Below the pieces are notes generated by a model. It was not told the origin of the DNA, ran no database searches, and saw only the letters and a program-made list of their open reading frames with translations. From Promethearchaeota archaeon (lineage in GTDB: Archaea; Asgardarchaeota; Heimdallarchaeia; Hodarchaeales; Hodarchaeaceae): a DNA stretch of 10,357 nt. A program made the translations under genes and the position numbers. The stretch is from NCBI GenBank assembly GCA_048938105.1, contig JBHLMN010000042.1, positions 1 to 10,357 of the forward strand, in the 5' to 3' direction. Below are positions 1-7,398 of the stretch, in pieces. The number at the start of each line of letters is the position of its first letter. Positions within the stretch are counted from its first letter, which is position 1.

Positions 1-2
1 TA

Positions 3-515
3 ACTCAAAAGTTTGATTCTATTCTTGTTATCAGCCAGGAAGCTTCTTTGGATGTACATGTATATCCAATTATTGAACGTTATGCTAAACACCTCCATGT
101 TGTCGCAACTGATGACTCTTTTCAGAAATACATTCTACCGTATTCCTCTGAAATACATCAAACAAAGATTCTCGGTGGAAAAATTAGAGAACCAGATAAA
201 GATTTTGATGCTTGTTATTTATCATCATATCAAACTAGAAAGGAATTTTTTGATTTGAGTTCCATTAAGCTTCTTAGAGAAGCTGTTCGGGTCACCAAAT
301 CCGCGGGATTAGTTATAGTTGCCTCATTTTCCATTCCCAAAAAAGTTAATCATTTCATTATTGATTCATTCATTGAATTGGTTTCCTCGAACCCATTAAT
401 AGCAACTATTTCAAAAGATGAGGTTTTTCGTGATCTAACCCAAGTGGGACTTAAGAATGTCTCAGTTACTGAATTTAATGGTGTAATTTTAGGTTTTGGA
501 ATTGTTCCTTCTTGA
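3..515 (+). CDS. Class I SAM-dependent methyltransferase-fold domain protein, 5'-truncated by the window edge
   Basis: The frame is open from position 3 (TQKFDSILVISQEASLDVHVY...), so the TTG at 48 is probably internal. 'DKDFDACY...LLREAVRVTKSAGLVIVASF' matches the FD-x-x...L-x-E-x-x-R-V-L-K-P-G-G signature of class I methyltransferase folds. The tail 'LTQVGLKNVSV' matches the usual L-x-x-x-G-F-x-x-V. No Gly-rich motif I is visible. Confidence 0.6.
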   Translation, partial: TQKFDSILVISQEASLDVHVYPIIERYAKHLHVVATDDSFQKYILPYSSEIHQTKILGGKIREPDKDFDACYLSSYQTRKEFFDLSSIKLLREAVRVTKSAGLVIVASFSIPKKVNHFIIDSFIELVSSNPLIATISKDEVFRDLTQVGLKNVSVTEFNGVILGFGIVPS

Positions 516-853
516 CTTCTTTAACATTTACTTGTTATTTTCTATACTTCCTTACCATTTCCATAATGTAATCAACTCACCAGTCGTGAAAAGGAAACCC
601 CTCGCCACCAGTTATTGGATTTGCTGAAATGACTTCTGAAAATCGTTAGAAGAATTCAGGTTGATGGAAAAAGGTGGGAAAATTGGTAGATTGGTCGAAG
701 CGGCCAACAGGTAATACTATTGAATACGAGTTTCAGGTATATACCTTAGTATATAGTTTTCTTAACTTAGCCAACGTTATATGACACTTGAAAAGAAAAA
801 TTCTTAGAGAAGGAATCCACACCACAACAAATTCAACAAATGAAAAACAGAGC

Positions 854-976
854 TTTCACCCGAGCTAAAAAAGAACTCAAATAGAAAATCCTAAAAAGTC
901 GATCAAGAAAAATTGAGTTAATCGTCTTTGATTAATTATTTTTCACCCGAGCTAATTAAGAGACTCTTTGATTAAT
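854..976 (+). repeat. Interleaved direct repeats: TTTCACCCGAGCTAA x2 (854-868, 941-955) and TCTTTGATTAAT x2 (925-936, 965-976)
   Basis: Exact 15-bp and 12-bp duplications read directly from the sequence, arranged A-B-A-B immediately upstream of the aldo/keto reductase. Confidence 0.9.
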
Positions 977-995
977 GATAAAAGGATGGAAAATA

Positions 996-2003
996 ATGAA
1001 GTATAAAAATTTAGGAAAAACTGGTCTCGAGGTCTCTCGATTATGTTTAGGGGGCTTCTCTTTTGGCAATCGCCAAGAATGGCAAATCGAAATCGATCAA
1101 GCAAAACCAATCGTTGAAAAAGCACTAGACCTTGGGATTAATTTCTTCGATACCGCAAATATTTACTCGGGAGGAAGATCCGAAGAGATTCTTGGAGAAC
1201 TCCTCAAGGAATATCGAGATGATGTAATAATCGCGACAAAGTGTCGATATCAATTGGAAGGGATCTATATAGATAATCCAGTCCCAAATAAAGGAGGACT
1301 GTCTCGCTTTCATATCTTTCAAGCCATAGAGGCATCTTTAAAACGTCTACAAATGGATTATATCGACTTATATCAAATTCATAGCTTTTGGAGCTTAAAT
1401 GGAAGACCTCTTCCAGCATTAGAAGAACTTTTGGGAACCTTTAACCACTTAATTGATCAGGGTAAGATCCTACACTTTGGAGCCAATAATATGCGTGCTT
1501 GGTTGTTTGTAAAGAGCTTTTGGATGGCTGAACGTTACAGTTATGAACCCTTTAGCACAATGCAGAATCATTACAATCTTGTTTTCCGAGAAGAAGAACG
1601 AGAAATGCTTCCTTTTTGTGAAGATCAACAAGTTGGTGTGCTTCCATGGTCTCCATTGGCTCGTGGATTTCTTTCGGGTAAATATAAACGGTCTGAAGGG
1701 CCCCAATCAAGTGATTCTGTCAGAGGAAAAACTGACCAAATGATGACTAAGAGATACTTTCGTCCTGAGGATTTTGACATTATTGATAGGGTGGTGGAGG
1801 TTGCAGAAGAGAAAGATGTTACACCAGCCCAAATTGCTCTGGCTTGGCTTCTCAATAAACCAGTTATTACTTCGCCAATCGTTGGATTTTCCAAGGTTGA
1901 GTATGTTGAATCTGCAATAGAAGCATTAGAGATTAAACTTTCTTCTGATGATATCAAATACATGGAAGAACCTTACATACCGCATCCTCCCATGGGTAAC
2001 TAG
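996..2003 (+). CDS. Aldo/keto reductase (YajO/Tas-like, aryl-alcohol dehydrogenase-like branch)
   Basis: The N-terminus MKYKNLGKTGLEVSRLCLG is typical of the family. The catalytic tetrad is present in GINFFD-TANIY, IATK and IDLYQIH. QNHYNL, PWSPLARGFLSGKY and TPAQIALAWLL are also present. ATG 996 is preferred over ATG 975 because it matches the family N-terminus. Confidence 0.95.
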   Translation: MKYKNLGKTGLEVSRLCLGGFSFGNRQEWQIEIDQAKPIVEKALDLGINFFDTANIYSGGRSEEILGELLKEYRDDVIIATKCRYQLEGIYIDNPVPNKGGLSRFHIFQAIEASLKRLQMDYIDLYQIHSFWSLNGRPLPALEELLGTFNHLIDQGKILHFGANNMRAWLFVKSFWMAERYSYEPFSTMQNHYNLVFREEEREMLPFCEDQQVGVLPWSPLARGFLSGKYKRSEGPQSSDSVRGKTDQMMTKRYFRPEDFDIIDRVVEVAEEKDVTPAQIALAWLLNKPVITSPIVGFSKVEYVESAIEALEIKLSSDDIKYMEEPYIPHPPMGN

Positions 2004-2004
2004 A

Positions 2005-2010
2005 TTTTTT
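2005..2010 (+). terminator. Possible archaeal oligo-T terminator after the aldo/keto reductase
   Basis: A T6 run begins two bases after the TAG stop. Confidence 0.35.
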
Positions 2011-2290
2011 GTATTATACGCTAAGAGAACGCAGAAGATAGCAATGTCAATGTTCCTACATTTGATCTTCTTGGAAAATGACTTCGTTTTCCATGAAAGT
2101 TACATTTAGGAATCCATAAAACTTGGATTGAGTACATTTTTTAGATAATCTTAACGAATATTCAGTATTTCTCGTGGTTTAATACAAAAAATTGTTATTT
2201 ATTATTTAATTTTATTTATTCTGATCTAAAGTTTTGGTAATCTTAAAAATTACCCAGAAATAAATACGCAAGCAAATCAATAACTGAAGC

Positions 2291-2303
2291 ACAAATTATA
2301 ATA
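2291..2303 (+). promoter_or_regulatory. Candidate BRE/TATA box for the COG1237-type MBL gene
   Basis: ACAAA-TTATAATA lies about 34-45 nt upstream of ATG 2337, and an SD-like GATGTGAT precedes the start. The AT-rich context makes this weak. Confidence 0.35.
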
Positions 2304-2336
2304 AATAAATCCATTTATATTTGATGATGTGATCTT

Positions 2337-3224
2337 ATGAGTATTCAGAAGCTAGAGATACAAATATTAGTTGAAAATACTGCTGGTTCTTTTTGGGGAG
2401 GAACACTTGGTGAATATGGTTTTTCCGCCCTTTCAAAAGTCCAATTCTCTGATTCGGAGTTAAAAATTCTATTTGATACTGGCCCATCCCCTGTTGCTTT
2501 TCTAAATAATATCAAGAAACTTGAAGTGGATCTTAGTACTATTGATGCTTTAGTGTTAAGTCATGGTCATTTGGATCATATAGGAGGATTGAAGGAAGCA
2601 ATTGCTTTAACAAAAAAGCGAATCCCCTTGATTTGTCATCCTCAAACTATTTCACCAAAGTTTATTACTGAGAAAGGAAAGACACGTGATGTCGGATTTC
2701 AAAAAATCTTCGATTCAGTTGAGGACCTAAAGAAACAAGTCCATCTAATAACAACGACAACCTCTTATGAATTTACTAAATCAGTTATGACCACAGGTGA
2801 AGTCCCTCGGAAAAATGACTATGAAGTCTTATCAGGAAAACTCCGAGAGGTCACAACTGTACAAAATGGAAAAATCATTCCTGATAAGTTACTAGACGAC
2901 CTTTCTATGGTTTTTCATTTAGCTGATGACTCGATTGTAATTCTTGCAGGATGTTGTCATTCTGGAATAGTAAACACAGTTGCCAAAACAAAGGAGTTAA
3001 CAGATTCTAGTAACATTGTTGGGATTGTAGGTGGTCTACATATTCGTGATGCATCCCACAATCGTCTATCGCAGACAATTCAAGAATTAGAGAAGTATCC
3101 TATTAAAAAAATAGCTCCTTGCCATTGTACTGGTTTTCATGGAAAGCATGCCCTAGCTAGAGCATTTAAGAAGAAATTCTTAGATGTATCAGTTTCGTCC
3201 ACGATAAAGTTTGAAGCTGCTTGA
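2337..3224 (+). CDS. MBL-fold metallo-hydrolase, COG1237 type (often auto-annotated as 7,8-dihydropterin-6-yl-methyl-4-(beta-D-ribofuranosyl)aminobenzene 5'-phosphate synthase; true substrate unknown)
   Basis: Motifs ILVEN, E-Y-GFS, ILFDTG, SHGHLDHIGG (HxHxDH), TTGEVPR, DD, GCCHSG, GGLH and PCHCTG. Confidence 0.92.
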   Translation: MSIQKLEIQILVENTAGSFWGGTLGEYGFSALSKVQFSDSELKILFDTGPSPVAFLNNIKKLEVDLSTIDALVLSHGHLDHIGGLKEAIALTKKRIPLICHPQTISPKFITEKGKTRDVGFQKIFDSVEDLKKQVHLITTTTSYEFTKSVMTTGEVPRKNDYEVLSGKLREVTTVQNGKIIPDKLLDDLSMVFHLADDSIVILAGCCHSGIVNTVAKTKELTDSSNIVGIVGGLHIRDASHNRLSQTIQELEKYPIKKIAPCHCTGFHGKHALARAFKKKFLDVSVSSTIKFEAA

Positions 3225-3238
3225 CTGATAAGCAAATG

Positions 3239-3841
3239 TTAGAAGCTTTTAGTGGCATTTTCTAGCAATTTATGCGCTGTTGAGTGGATTGGGTGTCCAT
3301 GCGCAACAATAGCTTTTTCAAATTGGTAATCTAATAATTTTTTCATTGACCTTCGATGTTCCTCTGGATCCTGATTATAATTATCAGGCATAGGATGAAC
3401 TGTTCCTTCCTCTGTTCTAAAACTATCTCCAACAATTAATAAGTTTGCTTCCTGGTCTAATAATGAAATATTTCCTTTTGTATGACCAGGAGTATGGATT
3501 ACTAATAACCCCTGATATACTTGTCCATCTACTAGTAGATCATCAAATGTCGCTTCCACTTGTTGAGTGATTGAATCTACTTCGATCTTATGGCACGCAA
3601 CCCTAGCGGATTCCATATGGGATTTAGCTGTAGCGAGGCCTCCAATATGATCAATATGCGAATGCGTTATAATGATTGTTTCAATGTCTTTTGGTTGATA
3701 GTCACACTTTTTTATCTCCGCTAGAAGCATTTCCGCCGATTCTTCCATTGCTGTGTCTACTAGAATCAATCGTGTTGATGTTAATAGGGCTGTATGGCTT
3801 TGAGTATGAAGTACATATGCTCCTGAACTTATTTTTTCCAT
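3239..3841 (-). CDS. MBL-fold metallo-hydrolase, glyoxalase II-like (COG0491 type)
   Basis: Motifs ILVDT, THSHIDHIGG, HTPGHTKG, IVGD and AHG. A GAGG SD lies upstream of the ATG. The gene is convergent with the previous one, with a 14-nt gap. Confidence 0.92.
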   Translation of the reverse strand: MEKISSGAYVLHTQSHTALLTSTRLILVDTAMEESAEMLLAEIKKCDYQPKDIETIIITHSHIDHIGGLATAKSHMESARVACHKIEVDSITQQVEATFDDLLVDGQVYQGLLVIHTPGHTKGNISLLDQEANLLIVGDSFRTEEGTVHPMPDNYNQDPEEHRRSMKKLLDYQFEKAIVAHGHPIHSTAHKLLENATKSF

Positions 3842-3950
3842 TTCTAAACCTCTTCAATTGGTACATTTATCAAAGAAAATTAAGATGTTTTTCACTTTTT
3901 TCTCCTTTTATTCCTTATTAGAACATTCAATTAATGCTTTTAAGTATCCA

Positions 3951-3991
3951 ATGATTCTTTCATCTCTTTAGTATGATTCACTTTCTTTAGT
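3951..3991 (+). repeat. Imperfect tandem duplication ATGATTC-N(7/4)-TCTTTAGT x2
   Basis: ATGATTC occurs at 3951 and 3973, and TCTTTAGT at 3965 and 3984. Confidence 0.6.
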
Positions 3992-3998
3992 CTGCTCA

Positions 3999-5162
3999 TC
4001 ATAGGCGGAGAGGAGGTGTTTCTTTTGGGGATGCATTAATTATTTTATATTCCCCAGAACCAAGTCCTGCTGCCTCACAAAACTCAAATAGACGACAGGT
4101 TCCAAATTTTTCCTCGCCAGGAGCTACACAATCAAGTTGGTCTGCTTCCGTCCCTGGTATTCCAGATGTTGCATTCACAAGATCTAATGATGCTCTATCT
4201 ACAGCCACGGGATCGTATGATAAAAGAAGTCCAATATCAGGGACGAGGGGAACACTATTAATTGGTCGACAATCGCAACCAGTCACAATATCATAAGCAG
4301 AGTTTAAAAAGGTAAAGTTTTCTTTTCCCACGATTTCCAGCACTGCTTTACTGAGATCTACGATATATTTCTGGAGGAGTTCTTCAGAATGCATTCCAGA
4401 AGGAACTATTGCCTTCAAGGGACACAAACTCTTACAATGTCCACAAAGTAAGCAACGGTCCTCATTAATTCTAGCCTTCCCTTTCGTAACTTCAATTGCG
4501 GTAGGGACAGGACATTTATTAAGGCACTTTTCACAACCATCGCATTTTTCCTCATCGACATAGAGAGGTGGGTCAAAATGGGCTAGATACTTGCCAGTTT
4601 TTGTTGTACATCCAATTCCAAGGTTTTTAAGTGAAGCTGCGATCGACTGGCCACGTGTATAAGGTGAATGTCCCTTAAAATGGGAAATACTGACTACATG
4701 ATCTACACCAACGAGTCCACGGGCAACCCAAGCTTTCTCAAGGACAATATGATTAGGAACATCAACTTCTACCCCATCTACTCCCCAAAAACCATCCAAA
4801 ATAGTCAGTGGAGCTTTAACAGAACCAATGGTCAAACCATGCCAAGTTGCTGAGTCAACGTAATGAGCAGCAGACCTTTTATGGTTCATATACCCATGCC
4901 CTGTAGTCTCAGCAAGAAATGGAATTCCTCCAGCTTTACGTATAACTTCGACTATAGTCCTATAAATAACTGGTCGGACGACATTTGGGTTTCCTGGGTC
5001 ACCGTAATTCGTCTTTATACAGACGAGGTCTCCTTTATTGATTTTTCCAGAAAATTCGGCATTTTCAAAGATTTTCCGAATTTTACGGATAATACTACCA
5101 CTCCTGTCACTTGCATCCCGTTTGGATAGCCATGCGGGGGAAAAGAATACGTCTTTTTTCAA
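3999..5162 (-). CDS. DUF362 domain Fe-S protein with inserted 2x[4Fe-4S] ferredoxin domain (COG2768 type)
   Basis: Motifs K-x-x-x-G-D-x-GN...RP, GGIPFL, SHFKGH, KNLGIGC, CDGCEKCLNKCP, CLLCGHCKSLCP, CDC, VPDIG-x-x-x-S-x-DPVAVDRASLDLVN and GLGSGEY. It has a TTG start with a GAGG SD (5170-5173) and ends in tandem TGA TGA. Confidence 0.92.
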   Translation of the reverse strand: MKKDVFFSPAWLSKRDASDRSGSIIRKIRKIFENAEFSGKINKGDLVCIKTNYGDPGNPNVVRPVIYRTIVEVIRKAGGIPFLAETTGHGYMNHKRSAAHYVDSATWHGLTIGSVKAPLTILDGFWGVDGVEVDVPNHIVLEKAWVARGLVGVDHVVSISHFKGHSPYTRGQSIAASLKNLGIGCTTKTGKYLAHFDPPLYVDEEKCDGCEKCLNKCPVPTAIEVTKGKARINEDRCLLCGHCKSLCPLKAIVPSGMHSEELLQKYIVDLSKAVLEIVGKENFTFLNSAYDIVTGCDCRPINSVPLVPDIGLLLSYDPVAVDRASLDLVNATSGIPGTEADQLDCVAPGEEKFGTCRLFEFCEAAGLGSGEYKIINASPKETPPLRL

Positions 5163-5355
5163 TAATTTTCCTCAACCTGAGAAATTTCTCGAAAATTGTA
5201 AAAATTCTTTAAAATTATAAAGTTTTTTAAACTTTTTTTTATATTATTATTAACAGCTCTTTAAATTAGAATAAAGAAATATTATACAAAGGAACCCATT
5301 GCAAAACAAAAATTTCAATTATAGATCATTAGAAAATTCGATGGAGAACGTGAAA
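5163..5355. promoter_or_regulatory. Divergent promoter region with phased A-tracts and palindromic candidate operator sites
   Basis: Very AT-rich spacer between divergent genes. It contains AAATT repeated every 9-11 bp (5182-5216), a perfect AAAGTTT-TTT-AAACTTT palindrome (5219-5235), CTTTAAAATTATAAAG (5207-5222) and TCTTTA-N8-TAAAGA (5258-5277). Confidence 0.55.
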
Positions 5356-5754
5356 ATGGTTGAAATAAGTAATGATGCAAAGAAATTCCTTAAAGAAGGA
5401 AGAGTGTTGCGAATCGCAACTATTGACAAAAGGGGTTTTCCATGCATTGCCCCATTCTGCTATTGGATTCAGGACAATTCGGTGTACATCCTCACAAGAC
5501 CTGAGACAAAAACCGTACGAAATCTTAGGAAAAACGCAGAAGCGGCGATTCTTATAGATCACTATGATGAGGATTGGAGTCAGCTCAAGTTCTGTATGAT
5601 AAAAGGAAAAACAGCTCTCATTGAAGACCGAGATGAAGTTTTAAAACTTCACGCTATAAGAGGGAAAAAATATTCCCAACAAGGTGATCCTACGGGCAGA
5701 ACATTTGTAGTAATACAATTAGAGCCCTCCAAAGTCGTTACATTAAGACTATAG
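5356..5754 (+). CDS. Pyridoxamine 5'-phosphate oxidase-like split-barrel protein (FMN/F420-binding, Rv0121-like)
   Basis: Motifs LRIATIDKRGFP-x-x-x-P, KTVRNLRKN, IDHYDEDWSQL-x-x-x-x-IKG and KKY-x-Q. The start is most likely ATG 5356 (GGAG upstream) or ATG 5341, rather than TTG 5299. Confidence 0.88.
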   Translation: MVEISNDAKKFLKEGRVLRIATIDKRGFPCIAPFCYWIQDNSVYILTRPETKTVRNLRKNAEAAILIDHYDEDWSQLKFCMIKGKTALIEDRDEVLKLHAIRGKKYSQQGDPTGRTFVVIQLEPSKVVTLRL

Positions 5755-5874
5755 TTAATTCTTAGCTAGGAATATTTTTCATTATTTTCAACTAAAGCTT
5801 GCTCCAGAGTCTAGAGCCTTACCAATGTTTCCTTTAGTATTCCTGATCCCAATTGGTTTCAATCAACAAAGGAT

Positions 5875-6339
5875 ATGATGAACATCACGCTCAATCCAAA
5901 AGATGCTAAAATTCTTAAGCTTTTGAAGGCTAATTCGAGAATTCCTGCAAGAAGATTATCAGAAGAGGTTGATGTTTCCCTCCCTACTATTTATTCGCGG
6001 ATGAAGAATTTAGAGGAAAAGGGTGTTATCAAGATTTTCACAATTGGGATAAACTATGCCAAACTAGGGAAGAAAATTTGTGCGTTAATAGCTCTCAATG
6101 CTCCAACAGCAAAAGTCCAAGGATTAGTAGAAACATTAAAAGAACGAAAGGAAGTTTATGAAATTTACATAACCAATGGACCAAGTAATTTGATGTTAAA
6201 AGTTCGAGTGGAAGATTTGGACATCCTAAAAGGCTTTATTCAAGAAATATCAAGTAAGGAAGACATACATAGTTATCAAATCTTTATTGTGATGGAATCC
6301 ATCTATGATGAAGTTTCTAGTCCATTCAGAGGTGAGTAA
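5875..6339 (+). CDS. Lrp/AsnC family transcriptional regulator
   Basis: N-terminal HTH (D-x-KIL-x-LL-x-x-NSR...VS-x-PTI-x-x-RM-x-x-LEEKGVI...INY-x-KLG) followed by a C-terminal RAM-like domain. The 154 aa length is typical. Confidence 0.95.
   Translation: MMNITLNPKDAKILKLLKANSRIPARRLSEEVDVSLPTIYSRMKNLEEKGVIKIFTIGINYAKLGKKICALIALNAPTAKVQGLVETLKERKEVYEIYITNGPSNLMLKVRVEDLDILKGFIQEISSKEDIHSYQIFIVMESIYDEVSSPFRGE
6329..6335 (+). promoter_or_regulatory. Shine-Dalgarno GAGGTGA for the deacetylase gene, embedded in the last codons of the Lrp gene
   Basis: GAGGTGA lies 7 nt upstream of TTG 6343. With the 3-nt intergenic gap, this suggests translational coupling. Confidence 0.7.
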
Positions 6340-6342
6340 TCA

Positions 6343-7341
6343 TTGAAAGATACTTTCATTTGTCTGACCGTAGATCTTGAACGAGACCTAGGTGTAATGC
6401 CTCCACAATACAATGGAATTGACAAAGGTCTTCCTGTGCTTTTAGATATCTTCAAAGATCATGGAATTAATATCACATGGATGCTATCGTCAAAACTCAT
6501 AGAAGATAGAGTCAAGGCATTGAAACAATGTGTGAACAACAATCACGAAGTAGCTTGCCATGGGTACAAACATGAGCTCTATTTGCCATCACTACGGCTT
6601 CCTGTTGCTGAATATGTAGATTTAGGTTTCAAGTTGAGAGGTAATGCCATGGATCTACAGGTTTTTAATGGATTTGATCCGCTCCCCTTTAATAATAAAG
6701 AAACTGCATTCGAAATTATTGATAAAAGTACATCACAAATTGAAAGCTTCTTTGGTAAACGACCTACATCATTCAAAATGCCTTATACTACCGTTGATTG
6801 GGAGATTTTGAGTTATTTGGACTCGATTGGATATCGAGTGGATGTGTCAATTCCACACTGGAAATATTGGGATTGGAGACCTCCTCATCATCCATATATA
6901 CATAAAATAGCTGGAGAATTAGATGATTCATTCAATGACGATGAGGAACAGAGACAATCATTAAGGCTTTTAGAGATCCCAGTGAGCTGTGATCCTCACC
7001 CTGAGATTGTAAATAGCATGATGGTTATGCGCAGGACATTTTCTATGCTTTCTTGCAGAATGTTGGGACTAAAACGAGTGCAGACACTTCTTAATCGCGT
7101 GGTTAAACAAACCCCAGATAATATTCCTATAATTTTTGCGTTTAAATCATCAATATGGGAGTTCACTGAAATGCAGAGAGTAGGTTATCAGGAATTGGAA
7201 AGAAACATAGGTCAAGGAGCTGTTGACCTGATGAATCAACTAATAGATTTATTAAACGATAGCTATGATCCTAAATACCTGACACTAACCAAATTAGCCG
7301 AGATCTGGGAGAAAAATCATTGTCCTACTCATTCTATTTAA
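6343..7341 (+). CDS. Polysaccharide deacetylase family (CE4/NodB fold) protein with atypical catalytic motifs
   Basis: Motifs LTVDLE (motif 1), HEVACHGYKH (metal-binding HxxxH), PTSFKMP (motif 3 variant), GYRVDVS, LLEIPVS and SIWEF (motif 5 variant). Confidence 0.85.
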   Translation: MKDTFICLTVDLERDLGVMPPQYNGIDKGLPVLLDIFKDHGINITWMLSSKLIEDRVKALKQCVNNNHEVACHGYKHELYLPSLRLPVAEYVDLGFKLRGNAMDLQVFNGFDPLPFNNKETAFEIIDKSTSQIESFFGKRPTSFKMPYTTVDWEILSYLDSIGYRVDVSIPHWKYWDWRPPHHPYIHKIAGELDDSFNDDEEQRQSLRLLEIPVSCDPHPEIVNSMMVMRRTFSMLSCRMLGLKRVQTLLNRVVKQTPDNIPIIFAFKSSIWEFTEMQRVGYQELERNIGQGAVDLMNQLIDLLNDSYDPKYLTLTKLAEIWEKNHCPTHSI

Positions 7342-7398
7342 TAATCCGCTATAACGAATTAATCCACAATCATAATCAAAAGGGATACACCTAGCTTA

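Noticed and set aside
624-659. SECIS-like hairpin (ATGA...AAA...GA) downstream of the TGA-terminated first ORF
   Set aside because: The upper stem is only about 7 bp, the G-A quartet register does not fit the stem, and the TGA at 513 is not at a plausible Cys/Sec position.
781-884. Frameshifted small ORF (MTLEK... / KEKFLEKESTPQQIQQMKNRAFTRAKKELK)
   Set aside because: No canonical slippery site, no SD and no recognisable homology; too short to support.
854-976. CRISPR mini-array or IS ends
   Set aside because: The repeats are only 12-15 bp with two copies each and irregular spacing. There are no cas or transposase genes and no terminal inverted repeats.
2337-3841. Antibiotic-resistance or defence role for the two MBL-fold genes
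   Set aside because: Motifs match housekeeping COG1237 and glyoxalase II-like hydrolases; there are no signal peptides or defence-associated partners.
3987-4001. Selenocysteine read-through at the tandem TGA TGA ending the DUF362 gene
   Set aside because: The protein is already complete at the family C-terminus, read-through would add only four residues before TAA, and no convincing SECIS is visible.
3940-4002. C/D box sRNA starting at minus-strand ATGATGA
   Set aside because: No CTGA D or D' box at suitable spacing; the C-box match is explained by the double stop codon.
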